A DNA stretch of 64,000 bases from the human T2T-CHM13v2.0 reference genome, Homo sapiens. The position numbers and the translations under genes were made by a program. The stretch is from NCBI RefSeq assembly GCF_009914755.1, contig NC_060927.1; one strand, given 5' to 3'. Numbering within the stretch: the first letter of the stretch is position 1; each line of letters opens with the position of its first letter. The notes under the pieces are model-generated. The model did not search any database. It saw nothing but the letters and a program-made list of their open reading frames with translations, and was not told the DNA's origin. Shown here piece by piece: positions 1 through 12,669 of the stretch.

Positions 1-375
1 TATAATATAATATATAGTATAATATATAATATACTATATAGTATAATATAATATGTAGTATAATGTAATGTAATATATAGTAATAATATACTATACTATA
101 TATAGTATGATATAGTATATATATTACTATATACTATACATAGTATAATATAGTATATATATTACTATATACTATACATAGTATAATATAGTATATATAT
201 TACTATATACTATACATAGTATAATATAGTATATATATTACTATATACTATACATAGTATAATATAGTATATATATTACTATATACTACTAGCTTATATA
301 TAATATACTATATATGCTAGTATAATATACTATATAATATATAGTATATAGTATTATTTAGTAGTTATTACTATA
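1..375. repeat. AT-rich low-complexity tract containing about 5 copies of a 38-bp minisatellite (103-290)
   Basis: Unit tagtataatatagtatatatattactatatactataca starts at 103, 141, 179, 217 and 255. Confidence 0.9.
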
Positions 376-479
376 TTACTAAACAAATGCGATTTGTTTG
401 ATGTTCTGAAATAAGATTACTGCTTGCTTTTGAATTTGTTATATTCTAGCAGTAGAGGCAAGGACATAAACTAGTGATT

Positions 480-700
480 TCCATACAACATGGAAGTTAC
501 TTTTATAGAGATATGCTATGGGAGCACACAAAAAGAGCACCTAACCCAGCCTTGAAGGGAGTAGGGAGGAGAACCATGAAGAGAGAAATCAGGAAAATTC
601 TTTGGCAAGGAGATGCCTGAGATGGGACTTTAAGGATGATCAGATGTTGCCAAGCAAAGGGAGGAAGAGATGAAAGTGAAGAGAACATATTTTTAGAAAT
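480..700 (-). mobile_element. L2 LINE fragment (ancient)
   Basis: Purine-rich tract resembling antisense L2 (tgctatgggagcac...cacctaacccagc...gatgcctgagatgggactttaaggatga). Confidence 0.55.
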
Positions 701-714
701 CAAAAACTCAAGTT

Positions 715-930
715 AAGGCAGTGTAAAGTAATAATTAAAATCATTGGCTTTGAAGTAAGACAGTTGTGTGACCTTGCAAAGTTTAATTAACTCTCTTAAA
801 GTTTAGTTTCCTTATCAACAATACCTGTCTCACTATGATATTCATGAGAATTAAATGAAATAATGGATACAGCCTGTAATGTCCTCAGTTTGATGAAGAC
901 ACATAGTGGGTTTCTTAGTAGTTACTATTA
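715..930 (+). mobile_element. MIR SINE
   Basis: MIR core-like motifs: ggctttgaagt..gac, tgtgaccttg, tagtttcctt, gagaattaaatgaaataatg. Confidence 0.65.
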
Positions 931-1689
931 TTATTGACATCATTATTTCATGTAGTTAAAATTATTCAAGTATTCTTAATTTTTTGCTAGTCAATAATAC
1001 AACTATGTGTAAATTAATCTTCATATTTGTAATGTGAAACAATCATATTATTGATGATAATTACTGTCATCCCACCTACTTGTGTACATTAGTACATTGC
1101 TTCTGTTTTTTGTGATTACTACTTTATTACCTCTGGAGCTTAGCACACAAGGAGGTTAAGAAGCAGAGGGGCAGTGAGGTTAAGAATACTAAAATTTATT
1201 GCCACAGCAAAATGGGCCACAGTTAGGAAGTGGAATTATATAGCTATATCCCTGCTCCAACTATTACACGGCAGAAACTGTACAGTTATAAGTCAGGATG
1301 GCTGTCACAGAAACAGGAACCTTAGGAAGAGCTCTACCATATAAGCTGCAGCAGTAGGGTCTCTTACTGGACTGCATAGGTAGCACATGTAAGGGATGTG
1401 TTTTCTTCTCGGTTTTATGTCAGACCAGCCAATCGCAGACTTGCTTTACATTTCCAGAGATAAACAGCTATGTATATGGGAATCATTTATCCCCAATCAC
1501 CAATTTGCTTACTGACACTCCAACTAAGATGGCCTCTAGGCTTAATAATTTTATCCTCTTCAAGATAGGAATATTGATTTATATACTGACTACCACTAGA
1601 ATTATTAGGTGCTCTTAAGCTAAAGAAAATTATTTTCTGCTAATCTTTTAATCTGTTCCTATTACGGCAGCCTACTGATAGGCTTTATG

Positions 1690-1860
1690 TATAATTAAGT
1701 TCTCCAAGCCTCAATATACCCATCTGTTAAATGGAGATAATAATAGTAGTTATCTCATTGGGATGTTATAAGGATTAAATAAAAGAATGCATGTAAAATT
1801 CTGCATGCGATGCCTAGAATATCATAAATACTCAATATATGTTAGCATTTAATATTTATT
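1690..1860 (+). mobile_element. MIR SINE
   Basis: aagcctcaat...catctgttaaatggagataataatagta...aggattaaat. Confidence 0.7.
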
Positions 1861-1899
1861 ATGTTACACAACTTGTTTAATCTTGTTGCCTTCATTGGA

Positions 1900-2285
1900 A
1901 CAAACTTTTAATGCTGTTTTCTGTATGTATTTTACAAATTATACATACAGTAAAATTAACTATTTTTCTTTTGGTGTACAGTTTCATGTTTTAAACACAT
2001 GTATGATTTCTAAAACTATCACCACAATAAAAATAAAGAATATTTCCATCATTTCCCACAACTCTCACTTTCTGTCCCTTTATAGTCACTCCTCTCCCCA
2101 ACTCCTAACCCTTGGCAACCACTGATTTGTTCTCCATCACTATAGTTTTGCCTTTTGGAGACTGTTACATATAAGTGGTTATATATTATGTAACCTTTTA
2201 AGCCTAGCTTCTTTCACTCAGCAGAATGCCTTTGAGATTCATCCAAGTTATGTATCCATAATTTGTTATTTTTTATTAATGCTTT
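1900..2285 (-). mobile_element. Old L1M 3'-end fragment
   Basis: cccttggcaaccactgatttgttctccatcactatagttttgcc...ttctttcactcagcagaatgcctttgagattcatcca resembles the antisense L1MC/MD 3' UTR. Confidence 0.7.
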
Positions 2286-2709
2286 CTTTAAGTATGAGGA
2301 CATTTCAAGTATATGGTCATTTATTTCTTTTATAAGAATCCATCTGATAGGTATCCCTTAATAGAATCTTTGTATTAAATAACACCTGACACAGTTTAGG
2401 CTGGTACAACATTTAGTGTGGTACAGCATTATCAAACAACTGTGTTCCTTTAATCACTAATGATATTCATGCAATAAAAAGGATCTGTAATCTAATAAAT
2501 GTGAGAAATTTTGAATTCTATAAAAGTAAATTGGATTGCTTGCCATATGATTTCTCAGAATTTTTAACATATGCTATGAAATGCAAAATTCCTGAAAGGA
2601 GATATGGTTTTGCAAGTGCAAATTATCAAATTATCAAAATTAATTTTTTTCTGCTCGACAACTACCAAGTTGTATTCCACAGTTTGGGAAACATTAAACT
2701 AAAAATGAA

Positions 2710-3100
2710 AAATGTGGGCTTTTGAGTCTGGGTTTGAATCTTTGTCCTGGTACTCACTAGCTGCTTGACCCTGGACAAGTTTAATCTGCATTAATCCCAG
2801 ATTATTCATGTATAAAATGGGACTAATAGTACTTTCTTCATCAAGGTTGTTGTGAGGATTACACAAAATTTACTTTATATATACACATAGCACAATATAT
2901 GCCACATGGTAAGCACTCAGTAAATGGTAGCTATTTATTACTAGAGGCAATATATAGGAGTGTTTAGAATCATAGGCTTTGGAGTCTGGTAGATCTCAAT
3001 TTTCTTTTGGTTGTTGCTTCTTAGCTGTTATTTAACCTCATTAATAAAATGAGGACATTGCTTATGAGGATTAAAGATGATAATTAAATATTTAGTACAG
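2710..3100 (+). mobile_element. Two adjacent MIR fragments
   Basis: ctgggtttgaatc...ctagctg...tataaaatgggactaatagtac...gtgaggatt; a second copy starts near 2945. Confidence 0.6.
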
Positions 3101-4964
3101 TTAACCATGAGTGGTTCCCTGAGCACTTTCCTGAGGAAATAACTTTTTATTCAGTCACTCAGTAGTTTATAGATAAATGCATATATATTAACAACTAACT
3201 TCAGACCCAGAGTATTCTGATGCAGAGTCGTAATTAGAGCAGAAGAGGTTTTACTTCCTTTCAATATTAGAGAGGACATATTTCCAATGTATATACAAAA
3301 AAGCAGGGGGGGTAAATTGCTCCTTATCCTATGCTTGGATTAGTATTAGGGGATGAGAGTAAATTCACCTACTTTTACACAGGAAAAAAATAGATACGTA
3401 TGGCCTTTATTAATATTAATAGTAGGTAGTTAAGCTTAATATTATTATTAATATTATGAAAAGATACTACATTCTCTTAAGTCGTGGCCTTTTTTTGCAA
3501 AACAGAGCAAAAAACAAAGGTAAAAACCCCCACACTATTTCATAAATAACTATATTAGAAATGCTTTTTAAATCTGGATAAATCTTATTAATAATATAAA
3601 TATACATTTTATAGAAATAACAAATGTGCTTTTTAATGGCACCATTAGTAGGTTGGTCATTTACCATATCAAATCACTGGTGCAAGACTATTACTCAAAT
3701 CAACTGAAGTAAAATAAGTTAGAGTATTTTTGTTTATTTTGCTTATAACTCAAATATTTATGTCAGAATACTGATAGAATTATAAATAGAAAATAATACA
3801 CACATTTTATATGTATGTTTGTATAGAAGCTTTGTTAAAAAAAAAACCCTTTTTGGTTATATAGCCAGCATAAGATTAGTAAATGTCCCACTGATAATGT
3901 TTGGCGCCACACACAGTACAAAACGGAAGAGAAAAGGAAATCTTACAGAGCGATTTCTAGAAACAAGTAGATTCTTCAGCTTAGCAAATAGGATGTAAGT
4001 GAATTATGTAGATGAGCATTATATTCTCAAATAATTTGATACAATAAAAGCCTCTAGGTCTTTAAAAAAATTAGAAAAGAATATTTTCAATTTGGTATTT
4101 ACTTCTTACTTCTTGAAAATATTTCTTGCTAACACACTTTTTCTTTTGTACACATACACTAGAGATATGTAAGTATTGATTTGAGAAATGAAAAATGAAA
4201 AACTGTGAAATGACTTCATAATTTTCAGATAGCTATAATGTTTTAGAGGAATCTTAACCCCACTCTATTATCTAATTATATCTTATAAAGCAACAGACCA
4301 AAAATCTTGTTTAAAGTTAGTTGAGCAAGATATATGGAGTTTATACTGATCTATAGACTGGCCACAAGTAAAATAGAAAAGGCAATTTATCTTTGATTAG
4401 CTATCCTTCTCTTACATATTAGCTTTCTCCATCTTTTTATCTTTACTCTTTTTTCACAGAAACTCCATTATCTAGAATTCTTATTTTACCCTCTGCCATT
4501 CTGAGCTTTCCACTGTCACATTTCATTTTATATTAAAATTTGTCTCTTTTCTCTTGTACAGATTTTAGGCCCCATAGGCCAGCTAATTAATCTGATATTC
4601 TGACATAGACTAATATTCCAATGATAGTGATTTAGAGTTTGGGAACCAAGTAAAGTATGTGAAGATGTCCTTTTGAGAGTCAGTGAGCACATTTACCTTC
4701 CTCCAAGCTCACTGCCTTTCCCCAAACCTACCCCAATATGTTTAGACTGGTCCATTAGTAAATTTAATGTGAGAATGTACATCTAGAAAGTGGGAAATGG
4801 TAGAATAGTAGGTTATTGAATGAGAAATTTTGAGCCGGGCAAGTTTTTTGCTGTCTGTCATGTTATATGGTATGCAACAAAACCTGTTCTTTATAGGTTC
4901 AGTCCTGTGACTTTGTGTCATTTTAAAGGACTTCTGAGTCTCATTCATGTTTTTTCCTATGTAG

Positions 4965-5119
4965 CGAACCATTCATAATATTCTCTGGTGGGCTGTCCTA
5001 TGACAAAGCTTGTAGAAGACCAAGTTTAACCATCATGCATGGAAAAGCAATTACAGTACTTGAAATGGATCATCCTATTGTTGAATTTCTAACTTTATGT
5101 GAAACGCCCTATCCAAATG
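4965..5119 (+). CDS. STXBP5L: STXBP5L coding exon, 155 nt: EPFIIFSGGLSYDKACRRPSLTIMHGKAITVLEMDHPIVEFLTLCETPYPN(E)
   Basis: Acceptor ttttttcctatgtag|C, donor AATG|gtaagt; 1+153+1 nt, no stops. Confidence 0.95.
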
Positions 5120-5242
5120 GTAAGTAACTAAAATGAAACTATTAATGTTGAAAATCATTTTGGAAATGACAAGTTTCTAACAAAATTAAGGTTAAATATT
5201 TTCAGATGTCTACTGTGGTATAACGCTGTGAGCTACAAGTGC

Positions 5243-5590
5243 TGGAACAGGTTCTGCAACTGTACCTACTTGAGAAACTGGAAATAACACAGATGTAGTA
5301 CAGCAATGCTGGCATTTCAGGTTCTAATATCAGGTAAGTGCTTTAAACTTTGATTAGATGGTGGAAGCTGAGCTGGGAGGGTCTGATAAGGGTCCAGGGT
5401 GAAATCACTTGGGGAAGCTGAGGTCTCTTAATAGCCTCTCTCAGACCAGCTCCATCAATTCCATCCCAAAGCCAATCAAAGTTAAAGCACTTACCTGATA
5501 TCAGTAATCTGTAACTGTGGTGGTGCTGCATCTGTTTCACATCTGGCTTTGCTTCAGATGCAACTGCAGCACCTCTGATTACTCTAGTAA
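5243..5590. repeat. Imperfect ~350-bp inverted repeat (hairpin); core arms 5327-5355 and 5474-5501
   Basis: atatcaggtaagtgcttt(a)aactttgatt is the reverse complement of aatcaaagttaaagcacttacctgatat (28 bp plus one bulged A); outer arms 5289-5301 / 5523-5535 also pair. Confidence 0.9.
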
Positions 5591-5768
5591 TGCAGATGTG
5601 TGGTTAATGACTTTTTAAAATTTTGAGAATAGTCAGAAGGGACTTTGGGAGGAGAAATGCTTATATATTTTTATTATACTGAATATAAAGACTTTTTGTA
5701 AACATAACAACTAGTCTAAACTTATATGCAATCTGTATAATGAAATCTAATAATGATGAAATATTTTA

Positions 5769-5966
<198 letters not shown>

Positions 5967-6034
5967 TCATGTTACAACAACATAGTATGTGTGTATACAT
6001 TACTATATTTTTAAGACAGAATATGCAGATATAA

Positions 6035-6210
6035 GAGAAAGAGCACTGGACTTGGGGACAGAATATGTGAGGTTATGATTTAGCTCTGCCACTTACTAGC
6101 TAGGTGACCTTGGGCAAGTCACTTTACATTTATTAGTTTTATTTATCGTTTGTAGAAAGAGAATAGTAATATGGTCTCCACATGACTACTGGAAGGTTAA
6201 GTGAGCATAC
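6035..6210 (+). mobile_element. MIR SINE
   Basis: gagcactggact...agctctgccacttactagctaggtgaccttgggcaagtcactt. Confidence 0.75.
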
Positions 6211-9200
6211 TTCTTAAACTATAAAAATATATATGTTGTGAGTTCCACTATTATATGTATTAACTTACTTTAAATTATTTAGTCTCACATTTAAAAGATG
6301 GGATAAATTGATATTAAATAATAATCAATGTAGCACTTTATTTCCAAAGTTACTAGGACAGACAATTTACTTATGTTTTTAATTGTCAAATAATTATTGA
6401 ATCATTCTATGGCCCCAGTACTACAAGAACTTGTTGAGCATACAGATAAAGTATTAAACTAATCTCTGATGTCAAATTGCATAAAATCTGGTCAGATGAG
6501 TGAGATTATTATGACTTGTTAAGTTTAAGTAATGAAAGACCTTAATTAAGTGCTGAGTTGTATGGTTCAGAGTATAAATAATGTATTAATTTTTAAGTTA
6601 AATAGTCGTGGTTTCATGCATAGTAATAGCAGTTTTTGGAAAGAGAGAAAGGTAAGTCTGATTATGAGAGAGTAGAGTTGTTTAGGGAACAGAAGAAGAG
6701 AGAAACTGTCTTACAATATTTGTGAATCATCAGAATATAAGTGTTTTTTGGAGTTACAAAAATGAATAATGAAAGAATGTAGGAAGAGAGAACAGAAGAC
6801 CAACAGCTGAGCTTAGGAAAATGCCTCCTATGAAAAGCCTTGAGGAAGAAGATGTGTGAGCAATAGAAATTGAGAATGTGTGGTCTGTGTGTATATAAAT
6901 TTCTGCACGTTGGTAGAGATGTTAGGACAATTTCTAATAAGGTTCAATGAAGCATAAATGCAATGTAACCATTCCTATTCACTTTCAAGCCATATATAAA
7001 AATCTTTGTTTTTTAGCAATGTGGTAATGAGGATGGAACTTTTCACTTGTCAAAAGCTAGGAGATGTACTTTAACTCTATTGACAGTGCCGGAAAGGTTT
7101 CTGACCATATATCCACCTCAAGCAGAACCTAGTCCAAACCAGGACCCCAGAAACTTTCCTAATCTAGCTCCTTCATTAGAGGATTATTCTCCATGTAAAT
7201 CACATCCTTGAGTACATCCCCAGCTGTAATCTCTGGGATTATCATTGGTGTTGGATTGTGCCCCAGGACTCTCGGGGCACAATTGGTAGCTCGTGGAGAG
7301 GAGGGTGAGCACTGTTAGTGAGGCCAACTCGAGAGATGAGAATTAGGGTAAAAGCCATTTCTGAGGCCAGATCTCCTGGTGAGATAACACTAATATTATT
7401 TCACCCTTTTTGGGAGAAGGAAATATGGACCTGGCAGATTTGTACAAAATTCTTTCCCAGGAGCTGTACAGAGGCCAATGGGACAAGCAGAAATGACTGC
7501 CAATGAGGAGTCCTAATTGGAAGGGGATCAGTAAAGATTAGAGACTACCACAAATGTGTTGGCTACCCTGACCACCTAGATGAATTTAGAACTCTACAAA
7601 GGAACATTGAAAGCATGCCAGGGTTAAGGAGGACTAAAGAAAGGGCCTTGGGCCATGGCAGGCTAAATGCCACACCACAAATCTTTGCCAATTGGGCTTT
7701 TATTATTCCCTTGGTCTGTTTCACCAGTCCAGAGGACTAGAGGTGGTAAGCACAATGGAGATGTTGATAAATAGGCCAAATTATACAAATGTTTTCAATA
7801 ATTTGCCCTGTAAAATGAGTTCCTCGTGCATTATGAAGCCCTTGAGAGACTTCTCAGGTTGGTATAAATTTTCCAACAGGGCCTTAGCTACTGCCATGGC
7901 TATGGCCTGTTGACAATAGAAGGCTTCAATGCAATGCTAAAACATGTAAACTGTAACTAGTACATACTGATATCCTTGAGAGACAGGGAGCTGAAAAAAA
8001 TATTGTTGCCGTGCCTCAAAGGGACTTTTTGGTAATGTGAAGTGGTCCATGAAGCCACGAAATGGTTTTCCAATATGGTATTGTGGATATATTTCACACA
8101 GATACTAAGGTTGTGAGCTATCCCAAGGCATGCTTGCCATCTGTATAAATAATTGGCTGTTTTACCTTTGGCTAAAAGACATGTCTAGTAAGAGCATGCA
8201 GTTCTGCCTGTTGGACAGACCTGACATCAGGAAAGATAAGTAAAGTGGCAGAATTAAGCAAGTTATATTGGGTCATGGTAAGGGGAGGTGAGGATAGAAA
8301 AAGAACTGCATAGTTTGCTAGACTCTTTGTGATGTGAATTGAGGAGAGCCCCATTAGAGTGTGGAATACAGACAGTGAGGGGGGCCCCGTTACTATTTTC
8401 ATTGTGGCTTTTACAAAAGAAGAGACAACATCAACTTCTTTGAGACAAGGAGACTATAGTATCCTATGGGTACAGTTTGTGTCCAATTCTGATATTTTAA
8501 TTCACCTAGTTGGTTAGATTTTAAAAGGGGAAATCCCCTGAATGTCCCGAGAGCATCCCTAGTCTGGACTGGGGAAAGAGGGCTAGGGGACTCCATCAGG
8601 ATTTAGTTATAACCAAATGTTAGAGGATCTTAGGAGAATTCAGAATCTAGTCCAGTCTATAGCCAAATAACAAGGACTTTAGGGCAATGCACAATGTTAC
8701 AATCTAATAACAGATACAATTTTGCTTTTCTTAGAAGCATAACTTTTCCTCTCCACATTGATCATATAAGAAATCTCAGCTATTAGAACCTCTTGAAGCT
8801 AGATGGCCAGACCAAGTCAGGCATTAGATTTTACTTATAGTCTTAAGGTTCTTGGGCCTACCAGGAAGTGATAGTTTTTACTTACTCACTGTAAAACTAG
8901 GAACTCTTGAAGACAAGCATTTTAGGCACATTTTTACATATAACATTTCAGTTCATACCTTGGTAATATAACCAATGTTCCCAATTGTATCCTGCTTTCA
9001 AGAGAGATAAGATTTTTATTTAACTTATATAAATAAAAATAAGAATATTCATTTATAGCTTCTGAATTTTAAGGAATCAAGTAGGGAGAAAAAGCAAATG
9101 CTTCCACCTTTGTTCAATAGAGGATACTTTACCAAAATATTGCAAGCTATAGATAGCTTATGTCAGAAAATTTCCTTGAATTTGGAAAACAAAACATTTA

Positions 9201-9260
9201 AGCAACAAAAACATTATCCTTATCAATTACTTAATTTCATTTAAATAATTCTGTTTGGTT

Positions 9261-9547
9261 GGCCAGGTGCAGTGGCTCACACCTGTAATCCCAGCACTTT
9301 GGGAGGCTGTGTGGGAGAATAGCTTGAGCTCAGGATTTCAAGACCAGCCTGCACAACATAGCAAGATCTGTCTCTACTAAAAGTCAAAAAAATTATCTGG
9401 GTGTAGTGGTACACGCCTGTAGTCTTAGCTACTCCAGAGGCTGAGGTAGGAGGATCAAGCTTGAGCCCAGGAGATGGAAGCTGCAGCGATCTATGATTGC
9501 ACCACTGTACTCCAGCCTGGGGAACAGAGTAAGACTGTTTCAAAAAA
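9261..9547 (+). mobile_element. Alu (AluJ-like), full length
   Basis: Dimeric Alu with J-type features (gcttgagcccaggag, ctatgattgcaccactg). Confidence 0.9.
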
Positions 9548-10556
9548 TTTTTTTTTCTTTATTTTGATTAGCAATTTTGGACTATAGCCCATTGCAAATA
9601 CTTCTAGAGAATTTAAAACAATAACTGTGGATGACAAAAACCCAGAACAATCATAGCCAAAGATATGATGAGAATTTCCAATTGACAAGGCAATTTAGAT
9701 ATTTTGGTGGCATACAATCATTTAACATAATAATCATTATTATGGCACATATCTTGGCATATCAGAATTTTATACAATTTTACACTTTTTAATAAAGCCA
9801 CAAATATAACTTAAGGGAAGTTAAACACCATTCATAATTTGACAGCACTTCCTGTATTATTTACCAAATAAACCTAATCATTTAATATCTGTACAAGATG
9901 AGAGATAAACCCTTTGAGGCTCTTCAGGGGGCCTATGTGGAAAATTGTAAAATTAATTTTAGGCCAAAAGGCTTAACTTAAGATTTGGGTCCTGGAGAGA
10001 CCTGCCAAAGATGTTAAAAATTTCAAAAACTACTTTCTTTAATAGAATGGTGTTCACTGCTAAATAATAGTTACTTATTCAACCAAAGTAAGAGTAAAAA
10101 TCAGAAGATTTCAAAAGCAATACAGAAAGTTACATGGATGTAAAAACCTTAACCCTTGTAAAGTTCAGTTTTCTGAAGTAGTCAAAACCCAACAAGGACA
10201 GCATGAAGTACAGGAAGTTTCCTTGGTAAAACACAGAATCTGTGTTTCCTAGGCTCATATATTCCTTGAGCAAGGAATATGTGGTTCTTAGCAAGAGCAT
10301 ATGAAGTTCTGGTTACATAAAATAATTCAGACACATAAAGAAAAGCCAAGAGTACTCAATCAAGTTATACCGAGTAAAACATTGCTTTTCTGGACCTTCA
10401 GGATAAAAGTAAAACCAGAGAAACTAGGTAGTTCTCAGGAAGAAATGTGACAGAAATAGAAATTTGTTTGTAATTCAGAGGATGGTTGTTAAACACATTT
10501 CAGAATTAAAAATCAAAACCTCTTGCAATCTTACTAAAAGCAATTGAACCTTTGTT

Positions 10557-10925
<369 letters not shown>

Positions 10926-11493
10926 TTAACATCAAAGTTTATTCTTTAGAAAGACTGTCACAAATAATTTCTTTTAATTATAGCCAGCTTAATCACACCC
11001 AGAATTTCCTTCATAAGTTCCCATTCATGAACCTTATCATGATTTACTCAGACCATCTATGGATTACTGAGACACCCTGCCTCACTCTATACTTCCTCTT
11101 TCTTCTTAAGTAACCAGTTATATCGCTCTAGGAAAAAGATTTACCATGCAAGACTATCTCATGCAAAATTATTCTCTTATCTTTACATCTATAACTCTCC
11201 TTACATCTCTTTCTGTCTCTACTATTTACAGTTCCTTTCTATCTTGTTTCTATTTCCTTCCTAAATCCACATTTTGACACTCCCTTTAGATAACCTTTGA
11301 ATTAGAAAAAGTTATTTCTTCTCAATAAAAGACATTTTTTTCTCTTATTAAACACACCTTACTTTGGCATACTTTATATACAGAATTATATATCAATTGG
11401 AATTTTTAGCTTCTGGTAACCTTAAATTTTATTAAAAACATAGGAAACACAAAATCTTGATTTGCCTGTTACATATCATTATTTAACAGATAA

Positions 11494-11828
<335 letters not shown>

Positions 11829-12175
11829 TAATTGTCAGAAAAACGTGTTTCCCTATAACATATTTTTATGCATATTTAGTCTTTCTCTTAGTATTTCTAG
11901 TCTTTCTATTAAATTTAAGAAGCCAAGGACAACCCTATTTATGTTCAGCAGTTTGTTTCAGTTTTTATCGTATTTGAAAATGACTTGTACATTTAATGAG
12001 TCATCTATTATTTAATTTAGGATTTCAAATTACATAAAAATTTATAGCTATTTATCCCATTTACCTTTATTTATTTATTTTAGCAGTGTGCTGAGATTAC
12101 TTATGAAAACTGAGATAATAGACAAACTAGTCATCATTCCAAATTATTTATCTATTACTTATTTTATACAACTGC

Positions 12176-12669
12176 ATATCAGGCAAATATTATAAAAGTA
12201 ATGACCTTAAAGTCAAATAATTCAGAGGACACAGGCATTCCCATCAAATCAACAACCTTAGACTAGTCCCATTTGCCAAAAGATTTCTAAGTCAAATGTG
12301 AACTTGAAAAGTGCCTGGTCTTATTTGCTTAATTTATGAGTACTCATCTATTTATAAGCCAATTTGGTACCATAGACAAATACAACCAGACTTGTACATG
12401 CAGCCAGATACAAGTCTGGTTGTATTTGTCTATATCGGGCAAATATTATAAAAGTAATGACCTTAAAGTCAAATAATTCAGAGGACACAGGCATTCCCAT
12501 CAAATCAACAATCTTAGACTAGTCCCATTTGCCAAAAGATTTCTAAGTCAAACATGAATTTGAAAAGTTCCTGGTCTTATTTGCTTAATTTATGAATACT
12601 CATCTATTTATAAGCCAATTTGGTACCATAGACAAATACAACCAGACTTGTACATGCAGCCAGATACAA
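12176..12669. repeat. 238-bp tandem duplication (12176-12413, 12432-12669) with an 18-nt inverted templated spacer
   Basis: Copies offset by 256 bp with about 7 substitutions; spacer is a reverse-complement copy of sequence within 12372-12396. Confidence 0.95.

Noticed and set aside
103-290. Regular 38-bp repeats as a CRISPR array
   Set aside because: Head-to-tail units with no unique spacers, no cas genes, and a eukaryotic context.
1130-1460. Possible ancient LTR or enhancer-like segment
   Set aside because: No termini or family match that I can support.
5489-5497. ACTTACCTG as a U1 snRNA gene or pseudogene
   Set aside because: The match stops after 9 nt (U1 continues GCAGGGG); it is better explained as the complementary arm of the hairpin.
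10259-10280. 10-bp-arm palindrome atattccttg-ag-caaggaatat
   Set aside because: Could be another fold-back scar, but it is too short to separate from chance or the ERV consensus without an alignment.
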